From NCBI RefSeq assembly GCF_009914755.1, contig NC_060936.1: a DNA stretch of 64,000 nucleotides, one strand, 5' to 3'. The notes under the pieces were generated by a model, which saw only the letters and a list, made by a program, of their open reading frames with translations, ran no database searches and had not been told where the DNA came from. This document shows positions 39,610 through 53,620 of this stretch, piece after piece. Each line of letters starts with the position of its first letter. Positions within the stretch are counted from its first letter, which is position 1. This DNA comes from the human T2T-CHM13v2.0 reference genome, Homo sapiens. The translations under genes and the position numbers were made by a program.

Positions 39610-40850
39610 TTCTTTTCTTACATTTGCAAAATATTTTAAACATACAATAGGGTATAGAAATATATTCATATATATGTAAAAAACAACCTATAGAATATAC
39701 TGTTCTATATAATAGAATAAAAAGGTATATATACATGCATAATCCATGTTATTCTATATAATACATAAAGATATATACACATATGTATGTGTATATGTGT
39801 GTATATGTATGTGTGTGTGCGTATGTGTGTGTGTATGTGTGTATATGTGCGTATGTGCATGTATTTGTATGTTTGTATATGTGTATGTATGTGTGTGCAT
39901 GTGTGTATATGTGTGTTTGTGTGTGTGTCTATGTGTACGTGTGTGTGTATGTTTATGTATGTGTGTGTGTGTGTATGTGTATATACAGAATAATCACCCA
40001 TATACCTAATACTCAGAGGAAATAGAATACAAAATATTGCAAATAGAACTGAAACCTCCATATAACTTGCATGGTGTTTGCTTCCCTCACACACCTCTCT
40101 GCCCGCTCTAAGGTATTTTCTATCCTAAACCTGCCACTTATACAGATACAAATACATTGTCAATGCACAATGCACACATATATCCATATCTGATTTTATA
40201 TATAATTGTTTTGCAAGTTTTCAACATTTACATAAAGGCTATCCTATTGTACGCATCTACCTGTAATTTCATCTTTTTGCTCGATATTATGTTTGTGATA
40301 TTGATACAGTTACAGTTCATTCATTTTGCTACCATAGAATACATATGGAATGAATATTGCATGATTCAGACGTTGTATTTTTGATGAGCTTGTAAGTTGC
40401 TTCCAATGTTTTACTATTAAAAACAATGGTGTTTTGAACATTCTTGTATTTATCATATTTTTTGTGAGCAAGAGTTTCTTCTAGAATAAATGACTAGAAG
40501 AAACATCACTGGGTTATTTGGCAGCTGCATCTTCAAATTTACTACACAATGCCAAATCACTTTCAAAACGATTGTAACAAGTCATCCCTTCTCTGGTGGA
40601 AGGTGAGAGTCCTGGCTGCTTCGTTTCATCACCAACAACTGGTGTTTCCAGGCTTTTTAACTTTTGTCAATCTAATGGGTGTGAAATGGTACTTTGGCGT
40701 GACTTTAATTTTCCATTTCCATGGCTTTCATTTAATTTCTTTGTTAAACTGATCATCTCTTCTCAAGTCTGTTGGCAGTGCAGATTTCCTCTTTTGTGAA
40801 CTGCCTGTTCATGTGTTTTTGCTCATTTTATTTCTAATATTATTCACCAT
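39610..40850 (-). mobile_element. Old L1M fragment containing a (TG/TA)n tract at about 39770-39985
   Basis: GTTGCTTCCAATGTTTTACTATTA...AATGCCAAATCACTTTCAAAACGATTGTAAC...CTAATGGGTGTGAAATGGTA. Confidence 0.65.
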
Positions 40851-42355
40851 AGACCAGGTGATGGTAACTTTTGAACCATTAATACTTTATATATAAGACT
40901 ACTACCTTATTTGCAGTTGGTAATGGCTGACTGACTTTTGGGTGGATAGAAAAGTTAGAAGGAGGCATGTCTAAGCCCTCAGGGCTCTCAAAATCCATAT
41001 TACCTTCTAGCTATTGAATCCAACACATCATTTCAAAATATGTTATAAGCATCTGACTGTGGTGTTCCTTATCTATTTATCAATCCCGGGTAATGAATGA
41101 AGCTTTGACTAGTTGCTGTATTCCTTTCTGGATCTGCCAATAAGTTTGTTATCATGTCTGTGTGTGTATGTGTGTTTGTGTGTGTGATCATTTTGAATAC
41201 TTAATCCTCTCTCCCATCCAGCAAAGCACAACCATGATGCAAAAAACACAGATTTAATTCTATTGGTTCAAAAACATAATATCCCTTTTTTAACTGAGCA
41301 TATTCTTTTCTTTTGTGACCAAGTCGCATTGATACTACAGGGAAGTGGAATTGTATGAAAAGCATTGCACCAGTGCTTTTCAATTTATTTTTAACCTTGG
41401 TTCATTTAGGCAAATGACTCATGTTTCAGCTTGTTTCTTCATCATTTTGTACTCTCCAATGCGGGAAGGGAGTGCACTGAACTAGTAATAACCTTTGTAT
41501 AAGCAAAACTTGGGGGAAATATATACACACCTCAAGCAAACATGGTACAAATACATTGATATTTAAACCACAACGTGTCTGAAAGAGCACCTAGTGGAAA
41601 GTTATAGGCTATTAAAGAAATAGTTTATCTGGCACCATAATCACTTTAAAGTTAAACAACTCCAAACAAATTAAGCTGATAATGGTAAAATTAGCAGAGT
41701 TATTCATAATTAAGAAGCAAGGACAGCAGCAACTGGAAAGCACAAGCAACCCAAGACATTCTTTCCCTGCTATCCTGTTCACCTGAGCATCTTTGAGGAG
41801 TCATGCATGTATACAGTAGGAGTTCTGGGCATACATGTATACAGTAGGAACTCTGCAAAATTGCCAGGGGTCATGAAACTGTAGCCTTCCCAGGAGAATT
41901 GCAAAAGACTTCAGTAAATCGCAGTAAAATACCAATTTTAGGCTTTGAATTCCAAATTTCTGCAGTTCTGACAACCTACTTAGAAGACGCCTAGAAGGTA
42001 ACCTTTAGTCCCAGGCAAAAATGAAGTTGGTGACACTCCAAATCATTTACCTGTGAGAACTAAAGCGAGGACCTGCAGCTCTCAGTCAGCCAGCATAGGA
42101 AGAGGCATGTATAATCTCCAATAGCACTTTAGGACTTTGAAAACTAGTTAATGAATCACTTGCACAACACATCTGCTTTGAATCAAGTCAGTACTTTGGA
42201 ATCCCTTCAAGGTTCTTCCAACGTAGAAGAACGGTATAGAACTTGGGTATATATTTTCTGATAAAGTTCAGCTGGCAACCGTGGGGCTGGTTACTAAGAA
42301 TTGTTGATGTAGAGCACTCATTCATTCATTCGTTCAGCAATTTTATTTTAAGCAC

Positions 42356-42851
42356 TGGTGGCATGCAGAAAAAATGACCGTCAAAAGATGCTCACATCCT
42401 AAGCCCTGGAACCTGCGAATGTATTATGTTACCTGGCAAAAGAGAATTAAGGTTGAAGAAGGAATTGAGGTTGCTAATCAGCTGACCTCAAGATAAAGAG
42501 ATCATCTTGGATTTTCTGAGCGGGCCTAATGACAAGGGTGTTTTAAATGTGGAAGAAGGCAGGAAGCTGGAGTCAGAGGGAGATTTGAAGATGCCACCCT
42601 GCTGGGTTTTAGGATGCAGGAAGGGGCCACAAGCCAGGGAATGCTTGCAGCCTCTAGTTGCTGGAGTGGCAAGAATGCAAACTCTTCCCTAGAGACTCCA
42701 GAAAAAATGCAGTTCTGCCAACACCTTGACTTAGTCCAGTGAGCTCTCCTTCACACTTCTGATCCACAGAACTGTAAGACAACACGTTTGTGCTGCTTTC
42801 AGCCACCAAAGCTGTGGTAGTTTGTTACAACAGCCACAGGAAATTAACATA
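42356..42851 (+). mobile_element. MLT1D-like MaLR solo LTR inserted in an antisense L2 (about 42318-43330)
   Basis: CCCTGGAACCTGCGAATG...GTTGCTAATCAGCTGACCT...CAGAACTGTAAGA...GTTTGTTACAACAGCCACAGGAAATTAACATA; TSD AGCAC/AGCAT. Confidence 0.85.
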
Positions 42852-43719
42852 AGCATCACTCTTTGCCAGACACGTGCCAGGAACTGGATGTAAAGTCATG
42901 ACCCAAGGTGTCTGTTCACATGGTCTCTGCCTGCCACACCACATCCCACCCACTGTCTCAGAAGGCAGATGACGAATGAGAAAACAATCGTACGTATTTA
43001 AAATTGTCTTACATCTAGAAAGGAAGAGAACCTGGTGTTATGTTAAAGAATAATCCACCAGTGGACGCATTTTAAGTCAGATGGTCAAGGAAGCTCTGTT
43101 GGATGGGGTGGTGTTGAAGCTAGCCCAACCGTGTGAAGGGAAGAGATTGGAATTCCACGCTGGAGGTCATGAGGTGCAGAGTCCTAAGGCCTCAAGGCAT
43201 TGGGTGATTTGATAACCAGGATGAGGAGGGGCTGCATGGTTTGGGCATACAGGGAGGAGAACGGCTCAAATGAAGTCTGAGAGGCAGGCAGAGATCACAT
43301 GCCAGGTCAACATCATCATCACACAGCCAGGGCTTCCGGCTAAGTGCAATGTGAAGCTGCTGGAACAGCTAAGCCTGGTGATGGCCGATGGATGGTATGG
43401 GGCCCGTGAACAATGACACATCAGGAAAGATATTTCTCCATGGAAGAAGCAGCACATTATCTTTAAATTCACTCTATCTTGTTACTTTTTCTTTGAGGCT
43501 AACTGATAAGAGGAGAAAATAGAGAGCAGGAAATCTGGATAAGATAATTCGTATCAGAGAAACCAGCAGCGACTTCAGCATTGGAATGAGTTGCCCAGCA
43601 ATATGAACAGCCTATCTCCACGACGCCACCAATGGCAACTGGCTGTGTACATATAGTCATGTTTCCCAACCCTTATTGTTGTCATTATCACTCCCTACAG
43701 AGCTCCTTTTAAAAATAAA

Positions 43720-44385
43720 CCTTTTTTATTTTGGAACCATTTTAGATCTATAGAAAAATGGCTAAGATAGCACAGAATGTTCCCACACACGCCACACAGC
43801 TTCCTCTTCTTTTAGATCTTACGTGAGCCGGTACATTTGCTGCAATCAACGACCCAATAGTGGGAAGTGATTATTAACTACAGTCCATACATTATTCACG
43901 TTTCTTCCATTTTTCTCTAATATTCTTTTTCTGTCCCAGAATCTCAACCAAGGTACCAGGTTACATTGAGTCTTCCTATCTCTTTAGGAGGCTCTTAGTT
44001 GTGACTGCTTCTTAGACCTTCCTTGTTTTTGAGGATCTACATAGTTTTGAGGACTACTGGTCAGTTACTTTGTAGAATGTCCTTTGACTGGGATTTGTCT
44101 GTTGTGTTTCTCATGAATAGACTGAGGTTATTCATCTTTGGGAGGAAGACCATAGATGTGAAGTGTTATTTTCCTCACATTCTATCAAGGATACATGCCG
44201 AGCTTTGGCCACTGGGAGCTCTTTCCCTTGGCTCCTGTGTCTCTCAGACATGTTCCCATCAGTCTCAGTCTCTCTCTTTCTCTCTCTCTCTCTCACTCTC
44301 TCGTGTGTGTGTGTGTGTGAGTGTGTGTGTGTGTGTGTGTGTGTTCTGAGCACTTCCTTTTTGCCACTATAAGATGCTCCTGGTC
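43720..44385 (-). mobile_element. L1MD/MC-class 3' end with a (CT)n(GT)n microsatellite at about 44262-44344
   Basis: TTTTAGATCTATAGAAAAATGG...GTTTTGAGGACTACTGGTCAG...TTGTAGAATGTCC...GGGATTTGTCTG. Confidence 0.7.
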
Positions 44386-44826
44386 TAAGAAACTTTGGTA
44401 CAGGTGTTTTTCCTAATCACTCTTCTCGAGAAAATTTTAAGCCTAAAGATGTACCGTATAACTCTTATGTACTATAAATAGATCTATGCTTTGTACATGA
44501 AAAGAGTAAGATTTTCTTCCCCCCTAATAACCAATTTTATGCCTTTGGTGACTATTTCAACCCCACTGAAAAATGCATAATCAATATCTATGTTTACATT
44601 TACACTTTTTAACAGATATCAGAATGAGAAGCCCCCAACAAAATTCATGCTTTGTGACGCTAGGTCACTGTATAGTTTCCGGAGGTGGCAATCATTTGGA
44701 CCCTCGGCTTGCTGAAAGTACACAACCTCCCAAGGCCAGTGGATAAATGCTGTTCTCTGGTCTATTTAGGGCTTCTCCTTTTTACTCTCAAGAGCTAGTC
44801 AAAGACTTTGGACATTTGACACCTAG

Positions 44827-45271
<445 letters not shown>

Positions 45272-45573
45272 TTTTTTTTTTTTTTTCTTTTGAGAATGAG
45301 TCTCACTCTGTTACCCAGGCTGGAGTGCAGTGATGCAATCTTGGCTCACCATAACCTCCGCCTCCCTGGTTCAAGCAATTCTCATGCCTCAGCCTCCTAA
45401 GTAGCTGAGATTACAGACATGCACCACCATGCCCAGCTAATTTTTGTATTTTTAGTAGAGATGGGGTTTTGCCACCTTGGTCAGGCTGGTCTTGAACTCC
45501 TGACCTGAGGTGATCTGCCTGCCTCGGCCTCTCAAAGTGCTGGGATTACAGGCATGAGCCACCACGCCTGGTC
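45272..45573 (-). mobile_element. AluSx-like, in tandem with the previous Alu
   Basis: Full antisense dimer; the pair shares outer TSD TGAATTCCTTTTCT (44961-44974 / 45576-45589). Confidence 0.94.
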
Positions 45574-46214
45574 CCTGAATTCCTTTTCTACTTACCCTTC
45601 GTGGGGGCGTTGCAGGGGAGTGCAGGGGACTCTGGGATTTCACACTTCACCTAAGGCCACCGAGAGGTGACTCCACAAAACCACAAAGATGCAGTTCTCA
45701 TCCTCCCAGCCACTGCAACAAAGTCCCTCATTTATTCTGTCATTGGCTGGAGGGCTGCAAATGAGCTGCTATCTGTTGAACCGGAAAATAGCATCATCTT
45801 AAAAGAGCCCTTTCTGGCACAGAGCTGCATTTAGTCTTCTTTGGATAATGCTATATTATGAAAGAAATGCAAACACACAGAAGGAAGGGGACATGTTGGT
45901 GACTTCCTGCATTCTGAGCCCCTCGGGTTACAGACAAAAAACTGGCCATGGAAATACAACCTGAAGTGACCAAACTTCTCTTTCGGTGCCTCTCAAGGCT
46001 ACTTCCAGGCGTCAACGTTACTAGAGCTGAAGCTGCTTCACCAAGCCCTCATCAAACCCACTTTATCTTAAGCAATAGATTTCCCATTCTATAATTAGAG
46101 TGCAACCCCAACCATTATTCACTTAGAAAGGCCATAAATTCCATTTACTATCCAGCAACTCACGTTTCCCAAACATGCCCTATGATAAGATTTATCTGGT
46201 GTAGTTGCTAAGAA

Positions 46215-46365
46215 TAAAAGACGAAAAGAAGGAAGATAGGAAGGGAGGAAGGGAGAAAAAGGAGAGAAGGAAGAAAAGAATGAAGGAAGGAGAAAAGGAA
46301 AGAATGAAAGGGAAGAGAAGGAAGGAGAGAGGGAGGGAAAAGAGGAGGGAGAGAGAAAGAATGGA
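46215..46365. repeat. GA-rich low-complexity polypurine tract
   Basis: GAAGGAAG/GGAGAG runs. Confidence 0.9.
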
Positions 46366-46749
46366 GGGCTTGAGGTCCCCCTGGCCCTGTGGAATCAGAA
46401 TGTAGAACCAAAATCTTCATGGCAGAAACAGGTGATTATATAACAGCTGAACTCAAGGGTTTGAAAGTTCCATATCTACAGGAGTCAAGGCATTTAAAGC
46501 CCTTGTCTCAGGACACAGAGCTCGCTGGTTGCACTCAAGGACTCTAGCCTCATAGTCTGTTTTTTACACCTATACTAGGTGTGGTAAAGCATGACTCTGG
46601 CCAGATGTAATACAGTAGAGGGGAAAAGACCGTTTGGATGCAGAGTATGTGCCTACCTAAAATTGGCGGCTACTTCTCAGCTCTAGATCACCACTGCCAT
46701 GTGGAAATGAAAGCCTGGTATTGAACAATAATTATCAAAATTAACTTTT

Positions 46750-46950
46750 GAGCACTTACTGTGCTTGAAACACTTTTTTTCTTTTGCAAATGAACCCATT
46801 TAATAGTTAATCACTTATAAGAGATAGGCACTATTATTTTACTAAAAAAATGTGGTCCAGACAAGTTAAGTATCTCATCTGATGTTACCTAGCTCAGACT
46901 CAAACTCAGACACCCTCACTGTCTGATGGAGACCTGTGCTCCTAACCACC
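46750..46950 (-). mobile_element. MIR
   Basis: TTGAGCACTTACTGTG...GATAGGCACTATTATT...GTTAAGT...CTCAAACTCAG...GCTCCTAACCAC. Confidence 0.65.
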
Positions 46951-47334
46951 ACAATACACTATTTCTTTGAAATTTTCTCAAGAAGACAGAAATCTATCTC
47001 TTTTTGAAGGGTGGATTTGTAAATATCTACTGTCTCAAAGATATAAAACAGATGAACTGAAATATCATATGTGTCCAAAAGGGTATCTCTTTGATGTTGC
47101 CAGTTTGTAATCCCCAGCTTAGACTCACGGAAGTTAAAGTCCTTTAGGATAAACATGTTGGTAACTTCTAGTTCAGCTTTCATGACAAAGAGAATTCTCC
47201 TGAGATGCATGTGTTCACCAGCCCTCCAGTAACATGTGCAACATCTGTACAGGAAATGATGTCTCCACTGTGCCAGTGTCTGTGCCACCCCAAGTACAGC
47301 CCCAGAGGCTCATGGCTGAACAGAGGTAGCTGGC

Positions 47335-47511
47335 ACTGGTAAGTCAGGGAACAATGGGATAGGATGGGGCTGATCTCACATTTCCACCGTCAACTGGTTA
47401 AGTCAGGGAACAAAGGGATAGGATGGGGCTGATCTCACATTTCCACCGTCAACTGGTTAAGTCAGAAAACAATGGGATAGGAGGGGGCTGATCTCACATT
47501 TCCACCATCAA
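47335..47511. repeat. Tandem triplication, 3 x 58-59 bp
   Basis: ACTGGT(T)AAGTCAGGGAACAATGGGATAGGATGGGGCTGATCTCACATTTCCACCGTCA at 47335, 47393 and 47452. Confidence 0.97.
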
Positions 47512-47944
47512 GAAGGAAATAAACAAAGTCTCTAAGCAGCCCCTTAACCGTCAGTCAAATACATTTTTGTAGTTAAAATAAATGCTGAAGGTCATCGTTT
47601 GAGAGGGCAGCCTCCCCTTCAAGGCAACAATGCCTTGCAGTTTATAAAAATGTACGGGTAAGTTAATGGCAAACACAATGGGCCATTTGCCTTTCTCTCA
47701 TTTGAAAAGCACTTGGCAACCAGTCATGGATAGCCATGGTCTGCAGGAAAGCAGCTGTGGCCAAGGGAGAGAAAACTTACCAAAGTGTGTCCTTAAACTT
47801 AGACACTGGATGTTTAACACAGGTCACTGAGAATGTTTAATTTTCTGAGCTTCTAGCTAAACTGCATTTGTTTCCGAAAAGGAGGCTGGTACCTGCATTT
47901 TACTTCATGCAGTCAACTATTAATTCAGAACATAATCATGACAT

Positions 47945-48270
47945 TGCCATTGTGCACTAAGCACAAGGCTAGGTTCTGAGTTGCAGAGTAAGCAAATCAG
48001 ACCAATTCTACTAGTGGAACTTATCTTCCAGCAGCTTGGGACAGATGAGCATTGAAATCAAACACCATGCATAAATAATGCAATTTCAGCTAGTAACAAG
48101 TGCTTGAGAGAGTAGCCAGAAAAAGCTTTTCTGGGGAGGTGACATTTGAAATGGGACCTGCTCATGGAGAAAGTAAAAACTATGCGAAGACAATAGGGAA
48201 TAAACTTTCTAGGAAAAGAAAGCAGCATCAGTAATCCAGTAAACCCCTGGTTGGTTAGAAAAACCACTGT
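47945..48270 (-). mobile_element. L2 fragment
   Basis: GCTAGGTTCTGAG...GCTTTTCTGGGGAGGTGACATTTGAAATGGGACCTG...TTTCTAGGAAAAGAAAGCAGCAT. Confidence 0.6.
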
Positions 48271-48524
48271 AGTTTGAGGAATTTAGATAAACAGTTGCAA
48301 ATAACTTAGATAAAGTAACCTAGAAATGTCTTAGATATTTCTTCTTTCATTTCTCCTACAAAGCTTCAACAAATCCCCTTAGCCTAAGAGGGGGTGTATT
48401 ACTTGCTACAAAACAATGCATGATTTAATTCTATTCCTGTAAACTTCTTACTTAGTTTTGCATCTTTGTGTGCTATAAATGCGGCCTCTACAAACAAGCA
48501 TTTACAGACTAGATTAGCAAACAC

Positions 48525-49352
48525 CAAATGGTAGATTAAAGATGGCTTCAAATTCTCTGCTACTCTTTCATCCTCCCAGCAACACGTAGCGTCTGCCCTG
48601 AAACTTGGGGTGGCCTCAGAAAACTGCTTGACGAATAGAGTATAATGGGAGTGACATGCTGGGACTTCTGAGACTGCAGCCTAAGAAGCCTTGAAGCTTC
48701 AGCCTAATTCCTTAAAATATTCATTTTTGGAAGCCTGCAGGTTACTTGGTGCCTGCATTTACTTTACGCATTCAACTATTAATTCAGAATGTAATCATGA
48801 CTGCTCTGAGCCCACCAAGCTGTGAGAAGGTCAAGCCACATGGACAGGTAATGAAGGATGAGAGGCCATGTGGAAGAGAGAGAGGCCAAAGAGCACCAAG
48901 GTGCCAGATGTGTGACTTTAGCAGTCCTTTTAGCAATGAGACCCCTGTCTGGGGTCTCACTCTGTCATCCAGGCTGGAGTGTGGTAGTACAATCTTGGCT
49001 CACTGCAACCTCCAACTCCCGGGATCAAGGGATCCTCCTGCCTCAGCCTCCTGAATAGCTGTGAATACAGGTACATATAACAATACATGGCTAATTTTTT
49101 TTTTGTTGTTTGTTTGTTTGTAGGGATGGGGTTTCGTCATGTTGTCCAGGCTGATCTTGAACTTTAGCAGTCATCTTGGAAGTGGGTCATCCTCCACCAG
49201 CTGCCCCAGATGATGCCACCTGGAGTCAAGATGAACCACCCAGCTGAATCCTTCCTGAGTTTCTGACACAACAAATTGTCAAGAAAAATCGATGGCTGTT
49301 TTAAATCACTAAGTGTGGGGTGGTTACTGATACAGTGATAGATAACCAGAAT
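48525..49352 (+). mobile_element. MLT1 (G/H-like) MaLR LTR carrying two insertions
   Basis: GGTAGATTAAAGATGGC...GACTTCTGAGACT...CCCAGCTGAATCC...TGTTTTAAATCACTAAGT...GATAACCAGAA. Confidence 0.7.
48937..49160 (-). mobile_element. Truncated, tail-less AluJ-like insert
   Basis: GGGTCTCACTCTGTCATCCAGGCTGG...CCAGGCTGATCTTGA; flanking direct repeat ACTTTAGCAGTC (48915-48926 / 49161-49172). Confidence 0.88.
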
Positions 49353-51139
49353 GCAAGTTTTTCAGCAAGAATTCCAGCATGACAAAGCTGGTTGTTCGAT
49401 CAAGCTGCCACTCACAAAGAGCCTTCCTCAAATGTCTGGCAGGAAAACAAAAAACAGTCACTTTCTTATATTCAAACTTTTTGGAAATTCTCAAAAGCAA
49501 ATAAGAGTTTACTCACATCTCATCTTCTGCTTCGATTGAGCATAAGAGAGTAGTCAGTTTGAAAAGTTGTTATTTTGTGAATTGAGAAGCAATTTGATTT
49601 TCTTCTAATAATGAATAAACGATAAATGGGTAAAAAAAAAAACCCAGTAACTCTTCTCTGTGAAGTGTTGTGTAATTAGTCATATGAATAAAGAATATCC
49701 TTTCTGTAGAATATTTTAATGGCTCTTGCAATATTATCCTAAATGACACAGTGTGATATATTTTGTTCACAAGCATTTTTTCATGAAATATAATCTAGCT
49801 CTAAAAAATAGCTATTTTAGAGAATGGATTTATTTAATGGTATTCTCTAAATTTTCAGGGAAGTTACACTTTTCAACTGAGAAACAAAATTGTTCCTATC
49901 CCTAGGTCCAGACCGAGGAATTTTATATAAGTGCACCTGAGAGTTATGGGTAAAGTGGATGGGATTACCAGGAGGCACTGATGCAGAAGAAGAACCCCTT
50001 GGGCCTGGGAAGACACTGAACTGAGTTATTCAGTGAAATTATTGCTGGGTCATGGTTTTGAGTCACCATCTCTATTCCCTGGAAAGGGGAAGAGTTATGC
50101 CTGCCAGGAGGGTGATGGGAAAGCCCTGCGGAGTAACCGGAAAAGGAGATTAAGGCCAGGAGATGGATGACTTATGTATTGTAAAAGAGAGAGAGAGAGA
50201 GAGGCTCAAATTACTGTTGGTGATATGATCATATGGGTACATGGGAAAGCAATAAACAAATGGGGAAGGCAATTCATTTTGTAACCAAATGCTCTGAGAC
50301 CTCCTAGAGAAGCACACAGTGGTTCACTGTGTCTGGGATGCAAGGAAGGGAAAGACGTCATGATGCAGCGTTCTTACCATCACCCCTAACACAGCCTCTT
50401 CCTTTCTCCTGCCTCCTCTGCTGGCCTCTCATGCTCATAATACTCAAGACGGAGGTCTGATTGAATCAGCTGTGGCCACCTGACATGGAGAACCCTGTTG
50501 CGTGGACTGTCACGTCCAATGTTGTCTGTGACATAACTCACAGATGTGTCCCCTTTATGCGCAGTCTGTCTTTTGTTGGTTTCTGTGCTGACCCCAAACT
50601 CTGGTTCACTTAAATGTGTCCAGGATGGCAGGCTCAGTCGCCATGAAGCCTGCATGTAAAAAACGGGGTGTCAGCAAAGCATGAGGAGTCACTCATGTGC
50701 GGGGGGTACAGGAGCTAGTCTGCACACCTTGTACCAAAATGTACTAATGACAATACTCCTGTCTTGTGGGGCTAGGTGTGTGCCTGGTATTGGGAAGAGG
50801 CACACCTAAGGGATTTGGCAAATAACTCTCCATGACAGATAGTTTCTATCCTATGTTCTCAAATTCACACTCTCATGTTCTCCAATAGACACACAGTGGT
50901 CAGAGCCTCACTAGTGTCTCCAACAGGAGTGAGGCAGAAGGTACCTGGGTGACTCAAATGCACTCCCAGTAACATCCATCCTACATAATTTATTTTTCCA
51001 AAACCTAATGTATTTCTCCAGTCTTACTGAATCACTTACAAATAACACTGCTGAAACATAAGCCACTCCCCTGGTAAACAGGGGAAGCATCTAAAAGGAG
51101 GGAAAACGTCACTTCTAGGAGATTCGGTCTGCAGCTGTG

Positions 51140-51231
51140 CTGGGCTAACGGGACCTCCCAACAGTGGCCATTTGCATACAGTTTCCTGGGCTAACGGGAC
51201 CTCCCAACAGTGGCCATTTGCGTACAGTTTC
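51140..51231. repeat. Tandem duplication, 2 x 46 bp, one mismatch
   Basis: CTGGGCTAACGGGACCTCCCAACAGTGGCCATTTGC(A/G)TACAGTTTC at 51140 and 51186. Confidence 0.97.
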
Positions 51232-52533
51232 TTCATCTTGGAGCTGAGTGTTTTTAAAGCCATGGACGCAGGCATACTGGAGTGGCGATCTCAGGGCTGT
51301 TACATTTTCATGGAAGTGAGGCTGCAAATGGTAGTGGTTGACTCCTGTTCCTCAGCAGCTTCTGGAGTTAACAACAAAAGAAACTTACTGAAAACCTAAT
51401 TTTCACAGATCGCAAAACACATTTCAGAAATGGAAAAGGCAAAGGCAGAAAAGTTATTTGGTGCTCTGAAAACACAGTGCCTTAGTGAACTACTAACCTA
51501 TTAGTCCCTGCAGCCCCATCAGAAAGGAAAGTGGACCTCCATGTTATTAAACTTCTGTAAAGACCTAACTACTGTCCACATCTAAACAATGGAAGGGTGA
51601 CTTGATGAATCTGATACTTATCTCAGATACTAGGTTACAGCGCAGCTACACTTGTCCTTAAAACATTCCCTCAAAAGTAGCTCTTTCATAGGTGGTAATA
51701 TATATCTCCACCTACAAAAATACAAGCGCACTGTCATCAATGGCAAGGAACAAGAAAAATTCAACAATAGTAATTTCATAAAGATGTCTTTGACATTTTA
51801 TCTCTGTTTTACAAATCTGCCCTCATTTGATTGGTCAGACAACAAGATTTTATTGTGTCTGCAAGTCAGTACTGTCTAGGTGTGTTGTATAGGATATTCA
51901 AGTTGTATAAAATATGGCTGGTCATATCTTCATAGACTTGATGAGCTGGAAGAGTAAATGTAATTAATATTTAATAAACAGAAAAATGATTAAGCCTTGA
52001 TTATTTAATTGATCTGTGGTACAGCTCAGAAGTGTAATAGAAGCTCAGAGTGAGGAAATATTTTGCTTGGATAAGAGCAGGTGGAGTAAGCTATACTAGC
52101 AGGGCACATACTCTGGGTCTTAAATCATACATGATCTGAATCAAGTGAAAGCAAGTGTGAGCTTTCTTTTTTCTTTGCAGCCCAGGCTATAAATCCCAGA
52201 AAGAGGATGAAGGTATGTCTAACTTTGGGCTTAAATTTAGAGGTCTTTTTCATAGTGAAGATAGAACAAACTCACATTCAACTTGTGTCTGGAGGTGTTT
52301 CTGTTACAGGCAAGGAACTTTGCTGACTTATCCATGCCAGGAACCTTCTATTACCTGTTCCACCTCCAATCGCCAAGTTATTTACAAGGAGAAGGAGTGG
52401 CGAGGTTCAAGCATGCCAGCCTTCTTACTCACCACGGCTAATGACCTATGTGGATAAAATCCATAATCCTGGCTTTTTTTGGCCAAGACTCAAATCATCT
52501 GTCCTAATAATGCAGGTAGAAATACGAGTTATT

Positions 52534-53620
<1,087 letters not shown>

